A stretch of DNA of 64,000 nucleotides from Chitinophagaceae bacterium (GTDB lineage: Bacteria > Bacteroidota > Bacteroidia > Chitinophagales > Chitinophagaceae), in assembly GCA_947459295.1 (NCBI GenBank), contig CANHCY010000007.1:4357-68356 (forward strand), in the 5' to 3' direction. The notes under the pieces are model-generated. The model saw only the letters and a list, made by a program, of their open reading frames with translations. It searched no databases and had not been told where the DNA came from. This document shows, one piece after another, positions 20,792-31,315 of the stretch (position 1 is the stretch's first letter; the number at the start of each line of letters is the position of its first letter). The position numbers were made by a program, and so were the translations under genes.

Positions 20792-20812
20792 TTATTAATC
20801 AATACATCAATC

Positions 20813-21943
20813 ATGAAAAAAACAATTAGTGTATCTCTAATTGCAGTAACCATTTTGTTTGGCTGTACCGAAAAAAAATACGGCGGCTTTACAGTAAGTG
20901 GCAAGGTAAGTAACGGAGGTACTCAAAAAATTTATTTGCAAGAATTGCCTTTTGCAGGATCAGAACCCTTAATACTGGACTCTGCTACTTTAAAAGAAAA
21001 TGGAAAATTTGAACTAAGAGCAACTGCTTTAGAAGAAGGCCTCTACAGACTATCCTTGGAGAGAGGCCCTGAAGTGTTACTGGTAAATGATAAAAAAAGC
21101 ATCCGCATTAATATCGATGTAAATCAACCCAGAAATTATGAAATTGAGGAATCGGAAGCGAGTAAAAGCCTGCAAACTTTATTTGCAAAATATAGTGTAG
21201 CTGACTCTATTTTATTACTCGCAATTAATAAATTAGACAATGCCCAACAGGCTGGCTCTGATAGTCTGCTGCAGGTACTAAAAAATGAGAGAGACAACAA
21301 GCTTGTATCTATTAATAATATTGTCAATGAATTTATTAATAATTCAAAAAGTCCTGCTACTATCTATTATGCCATTGGCATGGCAACAAGAACAATGCCA
21401 GAAGAAGCAGTTAAACAACTTGTGGTAAAGGCTGCTACTAAATTTAAAGAACATACAGGTCTTGCAAAAATCAAGGCACTCATGACGGTTCAACAAGCAG
21501 CTCCAAGCACAGCTAATACTTATGCCCTATTAAACAAGCAGGCGCCTGAAATTAATTTACCTGACACAGATGGTAAAGCCTTTTCATTGTCTTCTTTAAA
21601 AGGCCAATATGTACTCGTTGACTTTTGGGCTAGCTGGTGTGGGCCTTGTAGACAAGAAAATCCAAATGTTGTAGCCGCCTATAAGAAGTTTAAAAATAAA
21701 AACTTTACGATACTTGGTGTTTCATTAGATAATGATAAAGAAGCTTGGATGAAGGCCATTAAAAACGACGGACTAAATTGGAAGCAAGTAAGTGATTTAA
21801 AACAGTGGGAATCTACCATGGTTCCTTTATATGGTTTTGATGGTATTCCATTTAACGTGCTCATTGACCCGACGGGTAAAATTATTGCGAGTAGTTTAAG
21901 AGGTGAAGACTTAGAAAAAACATTAGCTGCAGTTTTAAAATAA
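20813..21943 (+). CDS. TlpA-type thiol:disulfide oxidoreductase lipoprotein (DUF4369 + AhpC/TSA)
   Basis: Lipobox LFGC; VDFWASWCGPCRQE; ILGVSLD; GIPFNVLID. Confidence 0.9.
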   Translation: MKKTISVSLIAVTILFGCTEKKYGGFTVSGKVSNGGTQKIYLQELPFAGSEPLILDSATLKENGKFELRATALEEGLYRLSLERGPEVLLVNDKKSIRINIDVNQPRNYEIEESEASKSLQTLFAKYSVADSILLLAINKLDNAQQAGSDSLLQVLKNERDNKLVSINNIVNEFINNSKSPATIYYAIGMATRTMPEEAVKQLVVKAATKFKEHTGLAKIKALMTVQQAAPSTANTYALLNKQAPEINLPDTDGKAFSLSSLKGQYVLVDFWASWCGPCRQENPNVVAAYKKFKNKNFTILGVSLDNDKEAWMKAIKNDGLNWKQVSDLKQWESTMVPLYGFDGIPFNVLIDPTGKIIASSLRGEDLEKTLAAVLK

Positions 21944-21961
21944 AGTATACGGTTGACTGTA

Positions 21962-21997
21962 AAAAAAATGGCGCTCGAAATCGAGCGCCATTTTTTT
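21962..21997. terminator. Bidirectional intrinsic terminator between the convergent TlpA and SusD genes
   Basis: AAAAAAATGGCGCTCGA-AA-TCGAGCGCCATTTTTTT, a perfect inverted repeat with A/T tracts on both sides. Confidence 0.9.
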
Positions 21998-22015
21998 ATT
22001 GAATAACTCAATCAA

Positions 22016-23536
22016 TTACCATCCTGGATTTTGTACTAGGTTGGTGTTGATATTGATTTCATAAGTAGGAATACCCCATACATACTGAGGGTTGTTGGCC
22101 GCTACATTGATTTGATGGTAGCTAGTTGCTGGCGTTGTATTGATAGCAGCTAAATCTTGAGGTGTACCTCTCGTAAAGCCTAACTTCCAACGCTTCAAGT
22201 CAAATAAACGGAAACCTTCGAACGCTAATTCTCTGGTTCTTTCATTTCTGATTTCAGTCATTAAAGCTGCACCAGTTAAACCAGATAATGCGGTTAAACC
22301 TCTGGCTGCACGCAAAGTATTGAGTGTAGATAAAGCAAGCGCTTCGCTAGCACCACCTGCATTAGCAGCAGCTTCTGCATAAATCAAGAACTGCTCAGCA
22401 GCACGGAATAATTTTGGCGCATGTTGGTAGTTAGTGAAAGCACCTGTGAACAATGCTGGGTTACCAGGAAATTTGTTAACACACCACATTGTTGGGTAGT
22501 TAACACCCTGAATAATCACAGGAAGTTGTCTCAAGTATACTTGTCTTCTTAAATCAGAAGCAGCAAACATATTAACAAAATCAACAGTAGGTATAAAGTC
22601 TGGTGTAAACTTACCGGTAGCACCATTAAATCCTAAGTAAATTGAATTGGTAGGCGCTTGCTCTGTTTGTCTTACCACAGCACATTGGAAAATAACTTCT
22701 GTAGCCAAATCGTTGGTCCACATGTTATTTAAATTTGTGAGTGTATTTAATAGCGGATATCTATTACTTGAAATAATCGTATTAGCAGCAGTCATAGCAC
22801 CAGTCCAATCTTGCATGTGTAAACGTACACGAGCTTCTAATGCAGTTACAACGTCAATTGTAAACCTTGTTGCACCTGCTGTTCCAGTAGTAGATGCTAA
22901 ATTTAGTTTTGCAGTAGCGATGTCAGATAAAATTTGATCATACACTTTTTGAACTGTCGCTCTTGCTGGTCTAGCATTGATATTAAATTCTAATACCAAC
23001 GGCACACCTAAATCAGTTGCAGCAGTTGCTCTATCATAAGGTTTTGCAAAACGCAAAATCAATTCTGAATAGTAAAAAGCACGTGCTAAATATGCATCGC
23101 CTTTGAATTTATTAAGCTGTGCAGCTTCTGCAGCAGTGGTGGTTTTGATAGTCTCAAAACCTGCGATACAGGTATTGACATTTCTTAAAGCAAAGTAATA
23201 ACCCTGCCAAGCACCACTTAAAGCACCATCATCAGACAAGAAACTAGTTCCCCATCTGTGCGGGTTACCATTTCTGTTACCAAAATCTAGTGTAGCATTT
23301 AATTGATCTGCTTGCACATCTTGAGAGATGTTGTAAGATCCAGCCGATCTACCACGTAAATCTGCATACAAACCTGTATTCCAAGTTGCTGCATCCTTAG
23401 CCGTTTGAAAAGATTGAGACAACTCAATACTATCAAATGGATAGAGGTCAAGCTTTTTTTCGCAAGATCCTAACGTAAGGATTGCTGCAAAAGCGACCAT
23501 GTTTTTTATAAGTAATTTTTTCATTTTCATTTTCAT
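22016..23536 (-). CDS. SusD/RagB family outer-membrane lipoprotein
   Basis: Lipobox LGSC, ARAFYYSELILRF, LGVPL, FRAAEQFLIYAEA, ERTRELAFEGFRLFDLKRW, QNPGW. Confidence 0.95.
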   Translation of the reverse strand: MKMKMKKLLIKNMVAFAAILTLGSCEKKLDLYPFDSIELSQSFQTAKDAATWNTGLYADLRGRSAGSYNISQDVQADQLNATLDFGNRNGNPHRWGTSFLSDDGALSGAWQGYYFALRNVNTCIAGFETIKTTTAAEAAQLNKFKGDAYLARAFYYSELILRFAKPYDRATAATDLGVPLVLEFNINARPARATVQKVYDQILSDIATAKLNLASTTGTAGATRFTIDVVTALEARVRLHMQDWTGAMTAANTIISSNRYPLLNTLTNLNNMWTNDLATEVIFQCAVVRQTEQAPTNSIYLGFNGATGKFTPDFIPTVDFVNMFAASDLRRQVYLRQLPVIIQGVNYPTMWCVNKFPGNPALFTGAFTNYQHAPKLFRAAEQFLIYAEAAANAGGASEALALSTLNTLRAARGLTALSGLTGAALMTEIRNERTRELAFEGFRLFDLKRWKLGFTRGTPQDLAAINTTPATSYHQINVAANNPQYVWGIPTYEININTNLVQNPGW

Positions 23537-23555
23537 TTAACTGGTTATGTAAAGC

Positions 23556-26516
23556 TTAGAACGAAAGGTTTAAACCAACAGCAACTTGACTTGTGTTAGG
23601 GTTAGCACCTAAAGATACGTTGGTATCAACCTCAGGATCAGGACCAGAATAATTGGTAAGTGTCCAAATGTTACGCATGGTAACATAGAACTTAGCTCCA
23701 GTTAATACTTTTTGCTTGTTCAACAAAGTTTTTGAAAAATCGTAAGCAAAAGTTAAAGCTTTTAAACGCATGAATGAAGCGTCTTCAATTAACCTAGTAT
23801 CAAACTGTGTAAACTGAACACCATATCTAGGGAAACGAGTTTGATCACCTGGTTTTTTCCAGTAATCAAGTACGGTGTTAGATTGGTTGAATCCAGTAAA
23901 TTGGTTCGGGTTTTCAAAGAAGTAACGGTCGTTGTTGATCATGTATTTACCCTTTGAGAAAGAGAAATCTGCACTTACAGAAAACTCTCTCACACCAGCA
24001 CTAAATCCAAAACCACCATTGAAAGGCGCGAATCTGTTAATACCTGTATTTTGTTGCAAACCAGCTGTATTAAATGCGTTGGTAGTTGAAGTTTTTGTTG
24101 TTTCAACAATTTTATCAGGATTTGGGTTTGGTCTGTACCAAGTTGCTTCTCCATTTGCAGGATCTACACCCGCCCAAATTGGGTAGAAATAAGATACTGG
24201 TTGACCCACTGCCCAACATACACCGGTGTTAGGAATGATCCAGTACTGTTTGCCTTGGAATAATTCGGTTACTTTTTGTTCTACATAACCAAGGTTAACG
24301 TAAACATTCAAGAAAGATGATTTCTTTTTAATGAAATCGTAGTTCACGTTCGCATTAAAACCAGAATTCTTTAAGCTACCTACGTTAGAAGTAACTGAAG
24401 AGAAACCTGATGTCCAAGGAAAAGGAACGCTGATTAACATGTTAGAAGTTACACGATCAAAAAACTCTACATCAATATTTAATTTTTTGAATAAAGTAGT
24501 TTGTACTCCAAAGTTGATTTGTCTTTGTGTTTCCCAAGATAATTCTGGATTACCCGCAGAGCTTACGCCCCATCCTGGTGCAGAGTTGTATAAGTTGGTT
24601 CCCACAGTAGCCAAAGATTGGTAGTTACCAATAGATGAGTTACCACTTGTACCAATACTTCCTTTGATCACTAAATTATCAATCCACTTAACATTTTGTA
24701 AGAACTTTTCGCTTTTAGCTTTCCACAGTAAACCTGCAGAATAAAAAGTAGCGCCTCTTAGTGCTCTACCAAAACGAGATGATTGGTCATTACGAACTGA
24801 TAAGTCTACAAAATACTTAGAATCTAAATTATAGTTTAAGCGGCCAAAATAAGATGCAAAAGCATACTCATTCATAAACGAACTTGCTTGGAAGTTAGTA
24901 GGACCGGCAGAAATCAATACTAAACGGTCATCTGTTTGACCTGTAGAAGATCCACTAAATCCGTTGGTATTATTTGAAATAAATTCTTGACCAGCAAGTA
25001 AAGTAAAGCTGTTACGCTGTTTCAATTTAAATGTATACTCTGCAGTATTGGTAATTGTTTTGGTGGTACCTCTTGTAAATGACTCAGAAACCGAACCATT
25101 GTTAAGAGAACCTAAAAACGATGGCAATGTTTTTCCAGCGCTTCTGAAATCATAAAACTCCATACCTGCTTGAGACTTTAAAGTGAAGCCAGCAAATGGG
25201 TTTAATTGGATAAATCCACTTGGGTTAAATTGTACGTTGGTACCAAGGCTTTGTATTTTGTCCGCTAAATAATCAGGATTGTAAAAGTTACCACCCGGAA
25301 TAATATCTGGATATTTTACACCATTTGGATCATAGGCAGAATAGAATGGTTGACGAAGTAATGATAAACCTCTGTTGGTACTATTTGAACCATAAGGGTT
25401 GGTTTGTCTTTCGTCATAACCACCAGATAAATTAACGCCTAGTTTAAACCAGTTGTTAACCGTTGTATTTAAGTTAGCACGCATGGTGTAACGCTCAAAA
25501 TCTGAACGGTAGGTAAGACCTTCTTGCTTAAATGCAGAACCTGAAATATAATAAGTAGTTTTTCCACCACCACCAGAGATGTTTAAATCAATTTGTTGTG
25601 TAGGAATGTTCTCTTTGTAATACTGTTGGTACCACTTAGTATCAGCATTGAATTGTGATAACAATGAAGAAACTTGCGCAGGTGTTCTGAATCCAGTTGC
25701 AACCCAAAAGTCTGTAAGTTGCTTGGTATTCATAAAGTTATTGAACAAATCAAGCGTAGGCTTTACTAAATTAGAAACACCATATTGAGATTGAATGGTA
25801 ATTTTAGAGCTGTTTAATTTACCTTTTTTTGTGGTAAGATAAATTACTCCATTTGCCGCTCTTGATCCATAAATAGAAGTAGAAGAAGCGTCTCTTAAAA
25901 CGGTTACTGATTCGAAATCTTCTGGGTTTAAACTAACCATTGTTCCTGGGTCGATTGGAATACCATCCAAAACGTAGAGTGGAGTTGAACTTGCGCCCAA
26001 AGATCCCACACCATTCAAACGAACAGATGGTGTAGCAGAAGGCTCACCAGAGCTGTTGTATACTTGCAAGCCTGGTACCTGACCTTGTAAGGCATCAAAC
26101 ATGTTTGCACTAGGTCTATTTTGTAATCTTTCTGCGTTCACAGATACAACAGAACCTGTCACATCTGATTTCTTTTTTGCAGCACCGTAACCGATTACAA
26201 CTACTTCGTCTAATGCGTCTGCAGCAGAAGCAGTAAGCGAAGCATTTGCCGTGTTATTGGCAGCAATTGTAACGTCTTTTTGAACAAAGTTTAACGAAGA
26301 AATCGTTAACACTTTAACTGTGTTAGGCACCGTTAATTTAAAGGTTCCATCAGCAGCAGTGGTTGTACCACCTTTTGATGATTTAGCTACTACGCTTGCT
26401 CCAGCAATTGCAGCGCCTTTATCATCAGTAACCTTACCGGTAACCGTGCGGTTTTGTGCGAAAGACTGCGTAAAAGCAAGTGTTGCACACAAAATCATGA
26501 CAACTAATTTTCTCAT
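23556..26516 (-). CDS. SusC/RagA family TonB-dependent transporter
   Basis: N-terminal CarboxypepD-like domain, LDEVVVIGYG, ALQGQVPG, PLYVLDG, SIYGSRAANGVIYLTTKKG, C-terminal Phe. Confidence 0.96.
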   Translation of the reverse strand: MRKLVVMILCATLAFTQSFAQNRTVTGKVTDDKGAAIAGASVVAKSSKGGTTTAADGTFKLTVPNTVKVLTISSLNFVQKDVTIAANNTANASLTASAADALDEVVVIGYGAAKKKSDVTGSVVSVNAERLQNRPSANMFDALQGQVPGLQVYNSSGEPSATPSVRLNGVGSLGASSTPLYVLDGIPIDPGTMVSLNPEDFESVTVLRDASSTSIYGSRAANGVIYLTTKKGKLNSSKITIQSQYGVSNLVKPTLDLFNNFMNTKQLTDFWVATGFRTPAQVSSLLSQFNADTKWYQQYYKENIPTQQIDLNISGGGGKTTYYISGSAFKQEGLTYRSDFERYTMRANLNTTVNNWFKLGVNLSGGYDERQTNPYGSNSTNRGLSLLRQPFYSAYDPNGVKYPDIIPGGNFYNPDYLADKIQSLGTNVQFNPSGFIQLNPFAGFTLKSQAGMEFYDFRSAGKTLPSFLGSLNNGSVSESFTRGTTKTITNTAEYTFKLKQRNSFTLLAGQEFISNNTNGFSGSSTGQTDDRLVLISAGPTNFQASSFMNEYAFASYFGRLNYNLDSKYFVDLSVRNDQSSRFGRALRGATFYSAGLLWKAKSEKFLQNVKWIDNLVIKGSIGTSGNSSIGNYQSLATVGTNLYNSAPGWGVSSAGNPELSWETQRQINFGVQTTLFKKLNIDVEFFDRVTSNMLISVPFPWTSGFSSVTSNVGSLKNSGFNANVNYDFIKKKSSFLNVYVNLGYVEQKVTELFQGKQYWIIPNTGVCWAVGQPVSYFYPIWAGVDPANGEATWYRPNPNPDKIVETTKTSTTNAFNTAGLQQNTGINRFAPFNGGFGFSAGVREFSVSADFSFSKGKYMINNDRYFFENPNQFTGFNQSNTVLDYWKKPGDQTRFPRYGVQFTQFDTRLIEDASFMRLKALTFAYDFSKTLLNKQKVLTGAKFYVTMRNIWTLTNYSGPDPEVDTNVSLGANPNTSQVAVGLNLSF

Positions 26517-26656
26517 ATTTTGGTTTTTAATGTAAAAATGCAGACGCTAATTTAATAAAATATTAACAATAGCCCCCTTTTTGATGCGGTTATTACTAGT
26601 ATTTCTTCGAATTTTTACCGATTTCGTGCTTCAAAGAGAAAAAATTATCTATAAAG

Positions 26657-26690
26657 AATTGATTATCAATTATATATGATTGAATCATAT
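26657..26690. promoter_or_regulatory. Two tandem palindromes upstream of susC (possible operator sites)
   Basis: AATTGAT-T-ATCAATT (26657-26671) and ATATGATT-G-AATCATAT (26674-26690). Confidence 0.35.
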
Positions 26691-26764
26691 TATATATAAA
26701 GCGTTTATAATATGAGCTGATTATTAAGTGATACTTAAACAGATGAACAAAGAATCTATTTGTT

Positions 26765-29098
26765 CTATTTTTTGCCCTTTTGGAAATGCAAAATGAGCAC
26801 TGGTAAAAGGATCAAATTGGTTAATGTACCCACTACAAGGGTTAAAGAGGTAAGCCAACCAAGTGCCTTGGTACCACCAAAATCACTGATACAAAAGATA
26901 ATAAAGCCTGCAATGAGTACAAGTGATGTATAAATAATGCTGATACCCGTGTGCTTGATGGTTTGAATAAGGGTTGGACCCACCTCGTTATTATAATGTG
27001 GAAGTTCTTGTTTGTAATTGATTAAAAAACGGATGGTTACATCAATTGCAATGCCCAGTGCAATGCTAAAAATTAATACCGTAGAAGGTTTTAGTGCAAT
27101 GCCGGCCCAGCCCATAATACCTGCGGTAATTACAAGTGGAATCACGTTTGGAATTAAGGAACAAAGTAAAATTCGAACCGATTTAAATAAATATAACATA
27201 CAAAGTGCGATGAGTAAAAATGCCCACACAATACTTTCTTGCAATCCCTTTATAATAAAACTAGACCCTTCTAAAAAAGTAATTGAACTGCCCGTAAAAG
27301 TTACCTTGTAATGTGCTGTATCAAAAATTTCGTTGGCCTTTGCTTCAAAATCTTTAATTAACACAGGAAGTTTAGCACTCCCAATATCTTTCATATTCAC
27401 ACTAATGCGTGCCACTTGCTTTGCACTATCCATAAAACTATTAAGCAGCTTTGCAACCCCTTCTTTTTTAACCTGTACGCCCGAATCTTGAGGTGCTGGT
27501 GATTTTAAATAAGGTCCCATAAAGGCGAGGTCGCCCTCGTATGGAATGTCATAACTTAAAGTATCGCCATCATAATAAGCCTGCTTTGCAAATTTTAACC
27601 CCTCAACAAATGAAAGTGGCCTTGCTGTTTCGGGATGCTCAGCTATATACAAAGACAACGCTTCTATTTTTGAAATAGGTCCCGTGGTGCGGAGTAATCC
27701 ATTTTTCTTTTTGGTGTCTACCATAATTTCAAGCGGCATTACACCGCCAAAATTTTTTTCAAACCATTTAAGATCTGTGTAGATTTTATCTTGCTTTGGA
27801 AGATCGTCCACAATAAACCCTTCCGACTTTAATTTACTTATTCCAATGAGTGCAACCACGGTAATAACAATGGTTACGCCATATACCCATTTAGCATGGT
27901 TAAATGTCCATCGCTCAATTTTTACAAGTAATTTTTCAAGTAATTTATTTTCGAGATACTTTGTATGATTGGGTTTAGGCGCTGGTAAATAACTGAGCAC
28001 TGCGGGTATAAACACCAGCGAAATAAAAAACAGTGCCATGATATTGATTCCGGCAACGAGTCCAAACTCTTTTAATAGTTCACTCTTTGTCAAAGCAAAA
28101 ACTGCAAACCCAATAGCCGCGGCAATATTACAAAATAGGGTTACGATACCCATACGACCAACCATGGTAATAAGGGCTTTGTCTTTATCTTTTAATTCTA
28201 AAAAAGCAGTATGGTATTTATTAAAAAAGTAAATACAATTGGGGATACCAATTACAACCACAAGTGGCGGAATGAGCGCAGTTAGTAATGTTATTTTGTA
28301 CCCGAGTAATACAACGGTACCTAAACTCCAAATAACACCAATGGCAACAACCACCATACTCATGAGCATGGCGCTAATCGATCTAAAAAATAATAGCAGT
28401 GTTAAGGCCGATAAAACAAAAGATGCAATTAAAAAGATATTCATCTCTTTTTTAATTCTATCTGCCACAATGGTCCTAATGTATGGAAGTCCACTTATTT
28501 GAACCGTAGACTGGGTTTGTTTTTCAAAAGCGCTAATCGCATTGTTTATTTTTGCTACAAGAGTGGATCTATTTTTAGAATTTATAATGGCACCATCTAA
28601 TGAAACGCCCATCAAATAAGCATTGGAAGTTGGACTATAAAGTAATGTTTTATAAAATGGGAGTGACTTAAATACCAGTGCAGCACTATCTAAACTTGCT
28701 TGATTCGTATAAGGAGGTGTAAATATTTTTACCGATTTAAATTGAGCAGCAGCTGAGTCATTTACTAGATTAACAACATCTGGAATGTTGAGTATAGCTG
28801 TTACACCACTTAGGCTTTTAATTGTTTTTTGCAAATCTGCAACCGCATTAAAATAAGACTTCTCATAAAAATGATCTGTTTCAAAACCAATAACCATTGT
28901 ATTACCGTCTACCCCAAATCGTTTTAAAAAAGCTTGATAATCTTGGTACTTTGGATTGTCGGTAGGAATCGCTCTAGAAAATTCGTAGCTCAAAGAAACT
29001 TTAGCAGCATGGTAACCCATAAAACAGGTACTTACTAATAAAATAGACAATAGAAGAACGCGACGTTTTATAATCGACTGACCTAATGAGTACCACAT
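26765..29098 (-). CDS. MMPL/RND family transporter
   Basis: Two repeats of a TM + periplasmic domain + 5 TMs; SGLPYIR, TGSSI, IALGIAIDVTIRF. Confidence 0.88.
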   Translation of the reverse strand: MWYSLGQSIIKRRVLLLSILLVSTCFMGYHAAKVSLSYEFSRAIPTDNPKYQDYQAFLKRFGVDGNTMVIGFETDHFYEKSYFNAVADLQKTIKSLSGVTAILNIPDVVNLVNDSAAAQFKSVKIFTPPYTNQASLDSAALVFKSLPFYKTLLYSPTSNAYLMGVSLDGAIINSKNRSTLVAKINNAISAFEKQTQSTVQISGLPYIRTIVADRIKKEMNIFLIASFVLSALTLLLFFRSISAMLMSMVVVAIGVIWSLGTVVLLGYKITLLTALIPPLVVVIGIPNCIYFFNKYHTAFLELKDKDKALITMVGRMGIVTLFCNIAAAIGFAVFALTKSELLKEFGLVAGINIMALFFISLVFIPAVLSYLPAPKPNHTKYLENKLLEKLLVKIERWTFNHAKWVYGVTIVITVVALIGISKLKSEGFIVDDLPKQDKIYTDLKWFEKNFGGVMPLEIMVDTKKKNGLLRTTGPISKIEALSLYIAEHPETARPLSFVEGLKFAKQAYYDGDTLSYDIPYEGDLAFMGPYLKSPAPQDSGVQVKKEGVAKLLNSFMDSAKQVARISVNMKDIGSAKLPVLIKDFEAKANEIFDTAHYKVTFTGSSITFLEGSSFIIKGLQESIVWAFLLIALCMLYLFKSVRILLCSLIPNVIPLVITAGIMGWAGIALKPSTVLIFSIALGIAIDVTIRFLINYKQELPHYNNEVGPTLIQTIKHTGISIIYTSLVLIAGFIIFCISDFGGTKALGWLTSLTLVVGTLTNLILLPVLILHFQKGKK

Positions 29099-29158
29099 AG
29101 CAAGGGTTTTATTGATTTGCGCTGCAAAAGTCGTATAAATATGGCATTAAAATGCCAA

Positions 29159-29809
29159 CTACATGACAAAGAAATAAGCAGTGGCTTGACAAAGGGCGCC
29201 CACTAGTAACCCCATGTACAGTTCTTTTTGAGAATGGTCGGAAATGATTAACCTACTGCTCGTTACAATACCTGTAAGAAATAAAACGCCAGCGATAATA
29301 AGGCCCATTGGCTGATGGTAATGAAACGCGAATAAAACAACAGCCATACTCGCTCCACCCATACCAATACCATGTAAACTAATTTTATAAAAATTGTTTG
29401 CAATAAGCCCTACAGACGTCGCCATAAAAATGCCCGTATAAAAAAACTGTAAGACAACTGGCTGATCCGTGAAATTTCTACTTAAGTAATGCATCCACCA
29501 ATAAAAGAACATGGTAATGATATACGGTATGATACGTTCTTTTTGGGTCCGTAAATAAATACTTTCTGAAAACTTTAGGCGCCACAATAAAAAAACAGCA
29601 AAGGCAGGAAAAAATGAGGTCATCCAAAATACACTAAACAACCTAAGTTTTAACTGCCAAGGTGTAATACCTGCAAACTCATACGGAAATAGCGTCATGA
29701 GCAGTAAAAAAATGTAGGTAGGTATAAAAAGTGGGTGCAATACATAGGAGACAACTTGCGCCAAAAAGCGAAGGATTGGACTCTGTGTTGTAGGCGTATT
29801 TGTTACCAT
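29159..29809 (-). CDS. Conserved membrane protein (PAP2-like) downstream of rpoN
   Basis: About 7 TMs; SYVLHPLFIP, KERIIPY, KISLHG, SRL..HS pattern. Confidence 0.6.
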   Translation of the reverse strand: MVTNTPTTQSPILRFLAQVVSYVLHPLFIPTYIFLLLMTLFPYEFAGITPWQLKLRLFSVFWMTSFFPAFAVFLLWRLKFSESIYLRTQKERIIPYIITMFFYWWMHYLSRNFTDQPVVLQFFYTGIFMATSVGLIANNFYKISLHGIGMGGASMAVVLFAFHYHQPMGLIIAGVLFLTGIVTSSRLIISDHSQKELYMGLLVGALCQATAYFFVM

Positions 29810-29813
29810 GGTA

Positions 29814-31298
29814 TTATAATTCTTTTCTTAAACGTGCAACAGGAATGTTTAATTGCTCCCTATACTTAGCAACCGTTCTCCTTGCTATATTGTAACCTTT
29901 TTGCTGAAGTATGTCCGTTAGAATTTCATCACTCAAAGGTTGATGCTTTTCTTCAGACTCAATAAGTTCACTCAATACTTTTTTAACCTCTCGGGTACTT
30001 ACTTCTTCTCCGCTATCGGTGCTTAATGATTCACTAAAGAAAAATTTAAGTCTAAAAGTGCCATACTCTGTTTGAACAAACTTACTATTTGCTACCCTAC
30101 TCACCGTTGAAATATCAAGCCCCGTTTTAGCAGCAATATCCTTTAAAATCATAGGCCTCAGAGCCGTTTCATCGCCTGATATAAAAAAAGCATGTTGATA
30201 AACAAGTATAGCCCTCATGGTATTGGTAAGCGTTGCCTGACGCTGTTCAATCATGTCAATAAACCACTTGGCCGAATCAATCTTTTGCTTGATAAAAAGC
30301 ACCGCTTCTTTTTGACGAGGATCTTTTTTACTACCTTTTTCATACTCCTTTAGCATGTCTCTGTAACCCTCACTAACGCGAAGTTCTGGCGCATTTTTAC
30401 TATTTAATGTAAGCTCTAATTGACCGCCATTGTTAAGTACAAAAAAATCTGGAATAATATAAGTTTGCGCCTTATCAATATTTGTAAAATTGCCACCTGG
30501 CTTTGGATTTAACTTTATAATTTGACCCACCACTTCTTTGATTGATGCGTCACTTAAATCCAGTTGGCGTTGAATTTTTTCGTAGTGCTTTTTTGTAAAC
30601 TCTTCGAAATACTTTGTAAGAATCGTAATGGCCAATTGCACAGATTTACCTTCCGATTTTTTTCTTTTTAATTGCAGCAAAAGACATTCTTGTAAATCTC
30701 TGGCACCAATACCCGCTGGGTCAAAATCTTGAATACGTAAAACTATTTTTTCAATTTCTTTTTCTGACACTTCGATACCTTGTCTAAATGCTAAATCATC
30801 AGCAATAGAAGAAAGCGCCCTTCGTAAATATCCATCATCATCTAAACTACCAAGCACTTGTTCAGCAATGGTATAATCACGCTCATCTAGTTCTAACATA
30901 CCTAGCTGATCGGTTAGAAGTTCATGGAAGCTCGTTTCGATTTTTATAGGGATCACTGCATTATCATCCATTTCAGGATAATTGTCATCCTTTAATTTAT
31001 AGTCTGCAATTTCACCATCATCATCCACTATAAAATCGGTGTCATCAGAAGGCTCGTATTCATCTAAGGGAGCGGGCTCGTCATCTGGTATTTCAGCATC
31101 AAATTCATTGTCCACCTCTTCGCCAAATTCAATTTCTTTTTCACCTTCCGCCATTTCAAGTGCAGGATTTTCTTCTAGTTCAGACTGAATCCTTTCTTCC
31201 AAATTAGCCGTTGGCACCTGCAACAGCTTCATGAGCTGAATCTGCTGCGGAGATAGCTTTTGTAATAATTTTTGTTGAAAAGATTGACTTAAAGACAT
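29814..31298 (-). CDS. rpoN: RNA polymerase sigma-54 factor
   Basis: QKLSPQQIQLMKLLQ region I, ELEENPALE, DISTVSR HTH, RpoN box ARRTVAKYRE. Confidence 0.97.
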   Translation of the reverse strand: MSLSQSFQQKLLQKLSPQQIQLMKLLQVPTANLEERIQSELEENPALEMAEGEKEIEFGEEVDNEFDAEIPDDEPAPLDEYEPSDDTDFIVDDDGEIADYKLKDDNYPEMDDNAVIPIKIETSFHELLTDQLGMLELDERDYTIAEQVLGSLDDDGYLRRALSSIADDLAFRQGIEVSEKEIEKIVLRIQDFDPAGIGARDLQECLLLQLKRKKSEGKSVQLAITILTKYFEEFTKKHYEKIQRQLDLSDASIKEVVGQIIKLNPKPGGNFTNIDKAQTYIIPDFFVLNNGGQLELTLNSKNAPELRVSEGYRDMLKEYEKGSKKDPRQKEAVLFIKQKIDSAKWFIDMIEQRQATLTNTMRAILVYQHAFFISGDETALRPMILKDIAAKTGLDISTVSRVANSKFVQTEYGTFRLKFFFSESLSTDSGEEVSTREVKKVLSELIESEEKHQPLSDEILTDILQQKGYNIARRTVAKYREQLNIPVARLRKEL

Positions 31299-31315
31299 CC
31301 GTGAAATTCAAGTAA

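Noticed and set aside
23519-23536. ATGAAA x3 repeat at the susD start (MKMKMK) as a phase-variation tract
   Set aside because: A 6-bp unit keeps the frame; it only makes the start codon ambiguous.
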